A stretch of 64,000 nt of DNA. Source: Octopus sinensis (lineage: Eukaryota). Positions 39,761 to 52,900 of this stretch are shown piece after piece (the stretch's first letter is position 1; each line of letters begins with the position of its first letter). Under the pieces are notes generated by a model, which was given only the letters and a program-made list of their open reading frames with translations, was not told the origin of the DNA and did no database searches. A program made the position numbers and the translations under genes. The DNA lies in assembly GCF_006345805.1 (NCBI RefSeq), contig NC_043018.1:29822001-29886000 (forward strand), given 5' to 3'.

Positions 39761-40019
39761 CCACTCAAGCTACCCCATCCCACGCAGTTGTATATGGATA
39801 ACTCTGCGATGGACTTCCTTTTCCATTCGGGTATGGAGCGGTGGCGGGGAAATTGGCTTGTCCGATTAGCCAGCGGGAAGGCATCATTCGAAAGCAACTA
39901 GAATGCAAGGAAGAGACGCATTGTGACAAGCGGTGTATGACAACAACCGATAGTTTGGTCGACGCACTGACGATTAGATTATTTTTAACGGCTTTTATTT
40001 GTTTATTATTTTACTTGTT

Positions 40020-40192
40020 GTAACCATTTGACTGCGTCCATGATGGAGCACCGTCTTAAAGTGTTTTATTCGAACAAATCGAACCCAGGACATATTCTTT
40101 GTAAGCGTAGTACTTATTCTATCTATCCCTACCAAGTTACGGGACCATTAACCGACCAGCATCAGCAGTCAAACGATGGCGGGCGTGGACAA

Positions 40193-40231
<39 letters not shown>

Positions 40232-40400
40232 ACACACATACGACGGTCTTATTTCGGTGTCCCACTTCCAAATCCACTCACAAGGCTTTGGATCTGCCGC
40301 GGGCTATAGTAGAAGACACTTGCCGAAGGTGCCACGCAGTGGAACTGAACCCGGAACCATGTGATTAGAAAGCAAGTTCCTTACCACACAACCACGCCTG
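40020..40400 (-). mobile_element. SINE family A, diverged
   Basis: Body match with substitutions. Confidence 0.75.
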
Positions 40401-41944
40401 CGACTACATAACTACTTAGTTACAGTTATATAACTATAGAACTTTTATAATAAAGCTGTAGTAAAAAAAGCGACTTTAATATTGCGCCTCATTGAGCCAT
40501 AACAATGTCAAATGAAGGCGACGAGAAGAATAATTATATTTCATGGAGTTCGTCTTCAAGCAAACCTCATATAATAGGAAGAAAGAAAAAGTAAGAAAAA
40601 CTGTACAAACACTAATGAAATTTTATTTGAATATATTGGTGTCACTAATTAATGATAGTGATATAATTAACAGTATGATACCGAATGTCAAGACACATAT
40701 CTGTTGCCGTCTGGGTCCGGTTCGATGTAAATAAATCCTCCTAGGAAGCTGAGGTCAGTGATTCAGCCTCCAGGATGGTTGTGGAATTTCCAAGTTCATT
40801 AGCGTTTACTGCTCATTAAAAATTGATTGCTCCCTCACTCCATCTTACTCTCTCTTTCTGTCTTTTTCTTTCGCACACGCGCGTTCTCTCACGCTCTCTC
40901 CATCTCTCTCTCTCCTTTTCCATCTCTCATCCTTCCATCCATTGCTCTCTTTCATTTCTTCTCTTTCTTTCACTCTCTCTTTCTGTCTCTCTCTTTCCTT
41001 CACGCACTTTCTCTTTCACGTGCTCACTCTTTCTTTCCTTCTCGTTCTCGTTCTCTTTCTCTCCCCTCCTCTCTCTCTCTTTCTCTCCCCTCTCTCTCCT
41101 TTTCTCTCTCTTCCACTTTCCTCCTTCTCCCGTATCTATTTTACTCTCCCGTCTCTCTCCTTATTCCCCTCTCATGCACATAATCCCGCACGCAGACACA
41201 CACACACACACATACACACACACACACACACACACATACACACAAACAGGCAAACACACACACACAAATATTTCTCGGAATTGAACAACTTTCTGCATTA
41301 TATAAATTCTTAGACATCTCCTCCAAGAATAACAATTAAAAAACTTTATCAAACACAAATTTTCACTTCTTAAATCATATTTCCGTTCCAGACCATATTC
41401 TATATTTCTGTTGAGTCTACAATTCAATTCGTGTAATCTTGTAAAAATCCAAGATGGAAACAAATCAATATTTGTTGTTTGTATTTTGTTTACAAGACTC
41501 ATGTTGTGAATTCTTGTCTTGAAACAAATTTTGTTGGGTTTTGGGAGGATCATTACACCAATAATAATAGCACACACACACACGGGTTCAATTCCACTTC
41601 TGAATTGTTAGCCATATATGAGCTGCCTTGCAGCCGAATTAAAGGATTTAGTGTCGAGACTTGGAGGTGATGTATTCATTAACTAAGTGTAGCTGTCGCA
41701 TGGTTATTTTGATATTTATACAGCAGAACACAGTGTCCTTCGGCAGCTTGGTAGCCTGGTTAGCTACAAGGACCATATATATTATTATAATTATATAAAT
41801 ATTTACCGAATATGGTCCTTTTCCATACCGAAATACTACTAGATGAAATTTGCTGATTTTATTAAATTAATTATATTTCACCCTATATCTGTATTGACTA
41901 TTTTTACTCTCCTACGACAAAACTACGAATCTTTTTTTCGACAG

Positions 41945-42067
41945 TACTATTTTGTGACTCACGTAGTAGAATTCTGGAGGGAAATACGAATTCCCTTGTC
42001 TATATAAATGTGGATATGCTAGTTGACTTTTGTATCTTTCGATGTCGCTTGATCGAAAATATAAGAG
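41945..42067 (+). CDS. candidate isolated coding exon (phase 1-1, 123 nt), product unknown
   Basis: Acceptor ctttttttcgacag, donor ag|gtaagt, open frame xLFCDSRSRILEGNTNSLVYINVDMLVDFCIFRCRLIENIR; no partner exon identified. Confidence 0.3.
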
Positions 42068-42330
42068 GTAAGTTTTCCTGGCATTTCTAGATTTATGGGA
42101 AATATTATGTTGATAAGGAAATGACCCTTACGATTCTAATCCAGAAACGAGCGTCCATAATTAATCCGAAGACTGTGTAATTTCGTTGTTTCTCTTCTTT
42201 TTTTGCCATATGTGAGTTACAAATATTGTTGTCTGTGGAGACTAATATTTTCGGTATGTGGTTTCAGTAACTTGTTGCAAAAAACCCTTATTATTATAAT
42301 TATAATTATATATAATATATTATATATATA

Positions 42331-42380
<50 letters not shown>

Positions 42381-42602
42381 ATATATATATATATATTTGA
42401 GTAGTTGAATGAATTATCTTATTAAGGATAATTCGAATTAACCGATACCTGGGTAGCAAATTCACATCAGAGAAAAACACAGTTGAAGTTACGTACCTAG
42501 GGCATAGATTACATGCTTTCGTGTGGAAATTTGTATGTTTATTTTAAAAATATAAATATATGAAAGAATGGAGCTGAACAACGAATTAACAAAATTTCTT
42601 TA

Positions 42603-42685
42603 TTTTCGACATATGTTTCGAAGGCTGCATATTCCTAATTGCGAAGGAATAAGGAGTATATTATGCCGCTTTCTTATCAGAAAAA
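42603..42685 (-). ncRNA. hammerhead motif with long stem II, G8 mutated
   Basis: ttttt-ctgataa-gaaagc...gccttc-gaaac-atat-gtc-gaaaa. Confidence 0.5.
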
Positions 42686-42746
42686 GTAAGGAACTTATGT
42701 CAACATCAAAATGCACAAAAAACGTTCGGAGCCCATAGCGGTAATC

Positions 42747-42795
<49 letters not shown>

Positions 42796-42814
42796 TTGTT
42801 ATTCTTTTATTCGT

Positions 42815-42980
42815 TTACCTGTTTCAGTCATTTGACTGTGGCAGCCTTTTACTAGAAGAAATCGACCTCATGACTTATTCATGGTAGATCTGGTGTTTAT
42901 TCTATCGTCCTCTTCTGCCGAACCAACATCGATTGTCAAGTGATGGTGGTGGTGGTGGTGGTGGGACAAAAATACACCCA
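42815..42980 (-). mobile_element. SINE A 3' half (split by the PLE)
   Basis: Tail and body up to the internal microsatellite. Confidence 0.7.
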
Positions 42981-43015
42981 AACATATATATAGATATATA
43001 TATATATAAAATATA

Positions 43016-43067
<52 letters not shown>

Positions 43068-43069
<2 letters not shown>

Positions 43070-45815
43070 CAAATTAAAACTAGATAAAACAATAACAATC
43101 AAGAGGCCGATAAGGGAGTGCTGTTGTCTTAATGGATACGACATTTTAATAACTTTGGTACTTTCTATGCTGGAAGACACAACATACTATGAAAAGGCAC
43201 AAAACTACAGTCAACAAAAAATAATGAGGGAACTAAAATCCATATTAAACCCATACAAAGCAGGGCTAACCGACAAAGAATATGATTATATGACCAATTT
43301 CACAAGTAAAACTAGCCAATTCTACGGTATACCTAAGATCCACAAAAGTGAAAAAATAAGCAACGCATGCAAGATAGCTACAGACAAAATTAATTAGTCC
43401 CTAATCCTATGACCTCAAATTGAGACCCATAATAGCAGGTCCCGCATGCGAAACCCACGCCTCAGTAACTTTTTAGACACCCTGTTAAAACCACTCCTCA
43501 AACATGTCAAAAGCTATATAAGGGACGACTTAGATATGCTCAATCACCTACCGAATACTATAAACAAAAACACCATACTGGTATCCTTCGATGTAGTCAA
43601 CCTCTACTCCAATATCCCCCACAACTAGGACTAGAGGCAATCCAATTCTGGCTAGAGAATCACGCCAACGAACTACCACACCGCATCAAAAAAGAATTTG
43701 TGATAGAAGGGGTTAAATTCATCCTGGAAAATAACTTCTTCGCCTTCAATGACAACTTCTCTACCGACAAAAATCGGGGACTGCGATGGTACACGAATGG
43801 CCCCCTCCTTTGCCAACCTAGTCATAGGATACCTAGAGATCAGTCTGTATCGTAAGGTTCTAGAAAGATATGGCAGCCCTTTCTCCATCTACATAGAAAA
43901 CAACTGGAAGAGATATCTAGATGACTGTTTCATCCTTTGGCATAAAATATAGAAAAACTCATAGAATTCCAGAAAATTTTAAACGACTGGACGTAAACAT
44001 CCAATTCACGATGGAATATAGCCAACAACAACTCCCCTTCCTCGATATCCTCATTAAGAAAGCTAATAATATAATAGAAACAGACATATACTATAAGCCT
44101 ACAGACTCTAAGCAATATCTTCCATTCAATTCATGCCACCCACCAGACACACCAGGATGAATATCCCCTTCAATCTAGCAAAAAGGATATGCACTATAGT
44201 CTCTAACGCAAACACCAGAGACACACGACTACAAGAACTAAAGATACCCTAATCACAGACTATCCACCTTCACTTATTGACAAATGCATTCAACGTGCCC
44301 TTCAACTTAACATCAAGGAACTGAGACATCCCAAATCAAAGAAAAACTTACAACCAAAAGCCTACCATACATCTCCACACACAACCTCTCAATAACGAAG
44401 CCTTCGACACCATCCTCCACACATACCCCTCCTAAAAAAAGACCACAGAATAACACAATCCTCCAAACACACACGATCATAAAAAGCAAAAGACAGCCTA
44501 GATCCATGAAAAGTCTCCTTACACAAGCCCGAATTCACTCTTCAACACAGAAGCCGACAGTAAAAAAATGTGGAAGACCCAATTGCGGGATATGCGACTA
44601 TCTAATCGAGGGTTCTGAGTTCTCCTTCAAACAGGGACAACGTTTTACAGTGAAAAGCAACTTCACATGTGCTTCGGAGAACCTAATATACTCACTAACC
44701 TGCTCCGGGTGTCAAGAGCAGTAATAGGCCAAACAAAAAATGGTTTGCGTAAACGAATGGCCCTGCACAGATCCCAGATAAAAATTCCCCAAAACAGAAA
44801 AATAGCTTTTAGCCAACACATAGATACTTGCGCCAACAAAAAAACACCAAACTTCAGATTTTTCCCCCTCTACCAATTTAGGGACGATACAACCTCGAGA
44901 CAACGAATAAGTAAAGAAAATCTCTTTATTACAAAATACAAGCCACTTCTTAACGGGTCTACGACGACAACAATTAATATACCTCAACTTTAGAATAAAA
45001 GAAAAAAATATATATATACACACACAAATACTACACTCAATAGAATCCATTACTAATCAGCCCCTTCATAGCTATATTTACATTCATATTCTCCCTTCTC
45101 TGTTTTTTCTTCTTCTTCTCTTCCTCTTCTTCTTCATCATCATCGTTATCATCATCATCGGCATCATCATCATCGCCACCATCATCACCACCATCTTCTC
45201 CTTCTCCTCCTTCCTTCTTCTTCTTCTTCTTCATCATCATCGTTATCATCATCATCGTCGTCATAATCATCACACCATCACCATCATCGTCATCTTCTTC
45301 CTTCTCCTTCTCTTCTTCTCTTCTTCTTCTTCTTCTTCTTCTCCACCCCCTACCCCTTAAGTTTGTCACTAATGTTTTTTAGTATATAACCCTACGCTAA
45401 TTCTATAAAGAAGCCGGTCAATATAAATATTCTCCTGAATTGAACTGACTGCCAGCCGCCACTGACCATTCAAAACGACCATCAGGGCACTCCCAGATTC
45501 TCCCACCCCCCTTTCCTCACCAGCCTTCTCTCTACTACCCTACCAAGAGCTCACAACTACCTCGAACACACAAGTGCAAACAAGGGAGTCAGAGAAAGGC
45601 AGAATGCACTTAAATCTGAACACCACTATAGAAATATTCTTTTAAAAAACTTTTCTTCTAATTTTTCTAAATTTAATTATTTAATCGTTACAGTTGAAAA
45701 GGTCTCAAAATGACCGAAACCGGTACTGAAATGTTCACTATAAAATTATTTTAGCATTTTCTATTTTTACTTGTGTTTTTTCATATATATCAACTCGTGT
45801 GTTCCTTTTCACCCT
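43068..45815 (+). mobile_element. Penelope-like element, Neptune-type (RT + GIY-YIG), many frameshifts
   Basis: FYGIPKIHK, RPIIAG, SFDVVNLYSNIPH, GTRMAPSFANL, RYLDDCF, LPFLDI, YYKPTDS, CGRPNCGIC, NLIYSLTCSGC..IGQT; hammerhead in the 3' repeat. Confidence 0.9.
45691..45728 (+). ncRNA. minimal type I hammerhead with U3-A8 compensatory core
   Basis: cag-TTGAAAA-ggtc-tcaaaat-gacc-GAAAC-cg-GTA-ctg. Confidence 0.65.
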
Positions 45816-45816
45816 T

Positions 45817-45880
<64 letters not shown>

Positions 45881-45886
45881 ATATAT

Positions 45887-46045
45887 ACGACGGGCTTCTT
45901 TCAGTTTCCGTCTACCAAATCCACTCAGAAAGCTTTGGTCAGCCGAGGTTATAATAGAAGACACTTGGCACCTTGGACAAGGTGCCACGCAGCGGAACTG
46001 AACCTGAACCATGTGGTTGGGAAGCAGCTTCTTACCACACAGCCG
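45887..46045 (-). mobile_element. SINE A 5' half (split by the PLE)
   Basis: acgacgggcttctttcag...ttaccacacagcc. Confidence 0.8.
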
Positions 46046-46066
46046 ATATATATCTATGTATGTGTG

Positions 46067-46123
<57 letters not shown>

Positions 46124-46197
46124 ATGTATATGTATATATATATATATATGTATATATATGTATATATATATATATGTATATATACACACACATCTAT

Positions 46198-46240
<43 letters not shown>

Positions 46241-46589
46241 GCTTAAAGCTTAAAAGCGATCAACGTGTAATGACGAGAGAAAATAGTTTAATAATGAGGC
46301 ATATAAGCTCTCGACAGACAAAAAGATTTCCTTTTATACTTTTTCCCGTCGAACGCTTATATGCCACAACGTTAGACTATTTTCTTTAGTCATTACATGT
46401 TGGTCGCTTATAAGATTTAAGCTCATAAAATATTTTTGTCATTAAGAGAATTATAAAAATCGACACTGCTTACCAAAGAACATCGCATATATATATATAT
46501 AATAGAAATGATTGCGTATTCATTTTTAATGAGAAAACGGCTTCACTAATTACTTCCTTCCTTCTGATGTTTGAATAATTTGACTTTGG

Positions 46590-47160
46590 ACATATAAGAA
46601 GGTCAAATTTAAGGAAGGCGTTGCATTAGTTTTATCAGGAGACTTCAGACAGTCATTACCAGTTATTCTGAGACGAATGAGATCTGATAAGATAAAAGCA
46701 TGCATTAAGTCATCACACCCATGGAATAAAGTAATGAAATTCTCCTTTAATACTAATGTGCGAGCTTCGTTACATGGGGACCGATGTGCGAAACAGTTTT
46801 CAACCTGGTTCCTCCAATTACGAAATGGGAAAGGACCATTTGGTGGGAATGGTGATATCAGATTTGCTATCACATTGCTATCACGGTGAATTCCCCAGCT
46901 GAATTGAAGTACAGGGTATTGCCAGACTTAGGTAATAATTATAATTCAAATAGATGGTTGTGTGAAAGGGCAATTCTTACTCCAGAACTGAGACAGTAGC
47001 AAGAATTAAACATGAATTAATGAATAAAATTCCAAGTCATAAAGAAGTACAAATCAGTTGATTCAGTCCTTGATGAAAATCAAGCTGAGTATCACACAAC
47101 AGTGTTCATTAATTCTCCGAAGCCACCTGGAATTCCACTACATAAACTTTTCCTGAAGGT
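46590..47160 (+). mobile_element. Helitron PIF1-like helicase fragment
   Basis: LVLSGDFRQSLPV, IKACIKSS..W..V, TNVR, WLCERAILTP, YKSVDSV, FINSPKPPGIPLHKLFLKV. Confidence 0.85.
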
Positions 47161-47264
47161 ATATACATATGACTGTCTGGATGTTTTGTTGTCTCTTTCT
47201 TGTATCACCTGTGTGGAAATTTTGCGTTCTTGTCCCATTTTTGTCATTTATATATATATATATA

Positions 47265-47316
<52 letters not shown>

Positions 47317-47585
47317 TGTAATACAAAAGTGGGACAAGAACGCAAAGTTTGCTCTACAATATAAATTGATGTAATGTTTGCATTGTTCTATTAAATAGAA
47401 TCGCATGAAACGATCGCACTGCATTATCTCTGGATATCCTTGATGCATATTTTGATTATATATATATATATCACGTGATCACGTGAGCGACAGGCTATCA
47501 GATGTTGCTACACATCGCTGGTCACAATGCGCTTCGCATTATTTTAGCCTTCAAATGACGCCACCGCGCTGGCTAAGCGAGCAGG

Positions 47586-47621
<36 letters not shown>

Positions 47622-47834
47622 AGATAATATAATATATATATATATATAATAGAAAGATGAATAATCTTGTAGTAGATTAATCAAAAGTTTAATCGATACC
47701 TTAGTAGCAAAAATCACAGCAGTAAACAGCACGGTTGGAGGTAATTGTGCCTTTCGAAACACGTGTAGAATGAAATAAAACGATTTCTGTTCAATCTGCG
47801 TTCAGCTCCATTTCTTCAATTCACCAATATGTTT

Positions 47835-47868
<34 letters not shown>

Positions 47869-47895
47869 ATATATATATATATATATATATATAAT

Positions 47896-47991
<96 letters not shown>

Positions 47992-48231
47992 ACATATACA
48001 TATATATATATATATATGTTCTTATCTCTTATATTTCGTAATGCCTGGATAACTATTACAACATAAGATTCGGTAACTGGGAGTCTACAACTGACGACGA
48101 AGCGGACTACAACATAAATTTTATTTCAACTCATTATATGTATTTTTGTTCGTCCTGGATATGTGCATGCTATGTACCGCTTCTCCGTTTCTTTACTTCA
48201 CAAATACACACAATGTTGTGTATGTGTGTTG

Positions 48232-48308
<77 letters not shown>

Positions 48309-48365
48309 TTATTTATTTATATATTTATTTATTTATTATATATATATATATATACACAATATATA

Positions 48366-48473
<108 letters not shown>

Positions 48474-49529
48474 AATATTATATATGTCTATGTGCCTGTC
48501 TATGTAATATTTTTCATCTAACCCTTGCTAATCAGCTCGCACAAAAGAAGTATTTTCATTTTATCAACGAAATACTTATTTCTATAATTTCTATAAAATT
48601 TTTATTTCTGTAAATTGACTTATTGCTAATATCAGTGGATTAAAAAAATCTTTTGTGAGTTCTTTTAGAAATTAAATTAACTATTGTTAGAACTTCTATA
48701 GAACGGTCTACATAAACAACAAAATTCTAACACGACTCTTTTACGTAATATGCCTGACGAAGGTATGACGTGACCATATATTTCTTTGAGCATGAGATTA
48801 ACAGTACGTAGCAATTCTTTATGATCAAGTATACGGCACATGCTGTATTGCTGACATAATATCATTACTCTAGCGCTCATAGCTTTTTCACTTTTATTGA
48901 TCTTTCGACTAAACAAATTCTTCTTATAATTTCAAAGCATATATTACTACGATTACAATATGTCCGTGCGCATGCACCTACACCTACATGCATACATACA
49001 TACATACATACATACATACATACATACATAACAACATACATACATACATACATACATACACAAATACATACATACATACACACATACATACATACATACA
49101 CACACACATACATACATACATACATACATACATACATACATACATACATACATACATACATACATACATACATGCATACATAGATTCATACATAGAAGAA
49201 ATCTATTTCGAAGATTACGGATCCAATCCGTCACTGGAACTGTAAAATTCTGTAAAACTTTCTAGAAGCTTATCTTTTAAATATATATGAGCATATCTAG
49301 ATAAGCAACTATATGCATGAGAATATATAAAACATGCAAATCTGCACATACATACATACATACATGCATACATGCATACATGCATACATGCATGCATACA
49401 TATATACATACATACATACATATATACATACATACATACATATACACATACATCTATACATGCATACATACACACATACAAAAATACCCTGTTACTGATA
49501 TATACATGTATATATATATGTGTGTGTGT

Positions 49530-49648
<119 letters not shown>

Positions 49649-49796
49649 GTTGAAATTCCAATACAGGAGCCTTGTATCTAGGTTAGAAAGCGGTTCGTTC
49701 TCTATTGACAAGAAATCTTATAATAAAGTGAATAATGATATACGTACATACATAAATATATATACATGTATATATATATGTGTGTGTGTGTGTGTG

Positions 49797-49862
49797 TGAT
49801 AGATAGATAGATAGATAGATACATAGATAGATAGAGAGATAGATAGATAGATAGATAGATAG

Positions 49863-49916
<54 letters not shown>
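49797..49916. repeat. (GATA)n array at the Tx1 3' junction
   Basis: Direct reading. Confidence 0.95.
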
Positions 49917-52900
49917 TGTTTCTTTATTAGCCACACAGGGCTGCACACAGATAGAACAAATTACAATGTAGAGCTTTTCTTTTGAAGATTTAAAAAAAAA
50001 AAAAATGGGAAGGGGGAGTTTCGATCAAAAGGGATCGTAAAAGGAGAGAAAGGGGACAAAAAAAAGGGGGGTTTAAAAAAAGGGGGAGAGGAAAAAAAAA
50101 TTGATCAATAGGGATCGTTATCACAGAAATGTCAATATGAAGTGTAAAGGGGAGGACAGGTGAGGTTTAACCGTGGAAAGAAAAGCCTACGGAAAAGACC
50201 ACGGTAACCTCGGTCAATGGAGTCACATGTTATATTTCTTTTTTTTTTTTTGCGAATAAGTAACTCTCTGTTTTCAATTTCTGGGTTCATAGGATCATGC
50301 TCAAGGTGGCTTCGTCATTCATACGTGCCATTCTTGCTACATTCACCCATCTTTTTTTAAAACATTCGCTTGACAAAACTTGCCTCTCTACTCTCACTTT
50401 CCTTTTCAAGTGGTACTTGAAGAAGTTGATGAGAGATTGACCAGAGAGGAAAGTGTTTGTCTCCAATCCTTTCAGACGCGTCCACCAGATACTTTCTTTC
50501 GCCATAGCCACAAGGATGATGAAAATAGCTCTTCCTTCCCGTTTGAAGGAGGGAGGCGTGACAATATTGACGACAGACTCAGCTGATAAACCGACTCGTC
50601 CCACACGTGACAGCAGTTGTTCGACATAAGCCCACAGGTCGAAAATTGTTGGACACTGCACGAGTGCGTGCAGAACGGTTTCGTCGCTCTGACCGCATCT
50701 CGGGCAGGTCGGCCCCGTGTTTCTCGAGCCGTGTCTGTAGAGCTTATCCCGAATGGGTAGCGCTTCTCGGTAGCACTGACAGGCCAGGGATCTCTGGAAG
50801 TTGTCCATGGGCCCTGGCCCGAAAGTCGTCCTGAACAGGCGGGTCAGGTACTCCTCGTCGACGTCCAGGTTCACCCCGAGCTCGTCGTCGTACCTCCCCT
50901 CCACTAAACCCCTATAGAATGCTTTGGTTGTGTTGAAGTCACTCAAGGTCGACCCAGGACGGCAGAGTTGCTTGAGAGCAACGCGACACTCGCGGTGCCA
51001 TTCGCCCTTCTTCGGCCTCTTTTTGATCCACGACTGCAGTTCGGTCATGGAGACGAGCTGCGGGAAAGCGTGCCTCACAAACGGCGACCACACCTGTTCA
51101 CCGTCGTCTACATAGAGCCAGAGATGTTGCAGTCTCAGCGCGTGTCTGCGCATCATCAACCACGGCATGCCCAGCCCTCCTTTTAACGGGTGTTGACAGC
51201 AAATGGATCGCTGACCATCGGGACGCATCCTTTCCACAAGAAGCGAAAGAGAATGCGTTGTAGTTGGTGATGGTAGGGTCGGGACAAGGTACGACGGTCA
51301 GGCGGTAGTAGATGACGGACGCGATGTACGTGTTCGCCACCTCCGCCCGACCTTTTAGGGACAGTTTCCTCTCGGCCCATTGCCGGGCGAGAGTGACCAC
51401 CCTACTCGTTATCTCGTTCCAGTTCTTCTCCACTTGGAGGTCCGGACAAACCAGACCCCGAGCAACTCAACCGGGCCGTCGGTCCAGCGTCCACGACGGA
51501 GGCGCTGGTGGACGGCATGGGCTTGCTTCTCCAGGTGCCTAGTCGCAAGCCCACTGACTTTTCCCGGTTGATTTTCGCTCCTGTCACCGCTTCGTAGTTT
51601 TTCAGTGTCTCGCCGACCTGCTCGATGTGCGCGTGGCTAGACACTATGACGGTGACGTCGTCCGCGTATGCAGACACGCTCGTCCCGCATCCCAGTTCTC
51701 GCGGGATGCCTCTCAAGGTTGCCAGCTTCCGCAATAATGGCTCGAGAGTCAATACGTATAGAAGCGACGAGAGGGGGCATCCCTGACGGACCGAACGTAC
51801 GATGTCGAAGGGTCTCGATAGATGTCCATTCACGCGAATTACCGAACGGATGCCTCTGTACAAAGCGGCTATCCAGCCGCGGAAGACGGGACCGAAGCCA
51901 GCCGCTCCGAGGACCGCCTCGTAGAGCTTTTCTTTTGGGGTTAAAAAAAAGAGAGTGGTGGTTTTCGATCAAAAGGGATCGTAAAAGGAAAGAAAAAGGA
52001 CAAAAAAAAGGGAGGAGTTAAAAAAAAGGGGGGGGGGAAATGAATAATAGGGATCGTTATCACAGAAATGTCAATATGAAGTGTAAAGGGGAGGACAGGT
52101 GAGGTTTACCCGTGGAAAGAAAAGCCTACGGAAAAGACCACGGTAACCTCGGTCAATGAAGTCACATGTTATATTTCTTTTTTTTTTTTTTTGCAAATAA
52201 GCAACACTCTGTATTAATTTTTATGGTTCATAGAATCATAGTCAATGTGGCTTCGTCATTCATACGTGCCATCCTTGCTACATTCACCCATCTTTTTTTA
52301 AAACATTCACTAGACAAAACTTGCCTCTCTACTCTCACTTTCCTCTTCGAGTGATACTTGAAGAAGTCGATGAGAGATTGACCAGAGAGGAAAGTGTTTG
52401 TCTCCAATCCTTTCAGACGCGTCCACCAGATACATTCTTTCGCCATAGCCACAAGTATGATAAAAATAGCTCTTCCTTCCGTTTGAAGGAAGGATGCGTG
52501 ACGATATTTACGATAGACTCGGCTGATAAACCGACACCTCCCACACGTGACAGCAGTCGTTCGACATAAGCCCACAGGTCGGAAATTGTTGGACACTGCA
52601 CGCGTGCGTGCAGAACGGTTTCGTCGCTCTGACCGCATCTCGGGCAGGTCGGCCCCGTGTTTCTCGAGCCGTGTCTGTAGAGCTTATCCCGAACGCGTAG
52701 CGCTTCTCGGTAGCACTGCCAGGCCAGGGATATCTGGAAGTTGTCCATGGGCCCTGGCCCGAAAGTCGTCCTGAACAGGCGGGTCAGGTACTCCTCGTCG
52801 ACGTCCAGGTTCGCCCCGAGCTCGTCGTCGTACCTCCCCTCCACTAAACCCCTATAGAATGCTTTGGTTGTGTTGAAGTCACTCAAGGTCGACCCAGGAC

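Noticed and set aside
48677-48916. 79-aa non-repetitive ORF or possible exon
   Set aside because: No recognisable domain; splice sites ambiguous on both strands.
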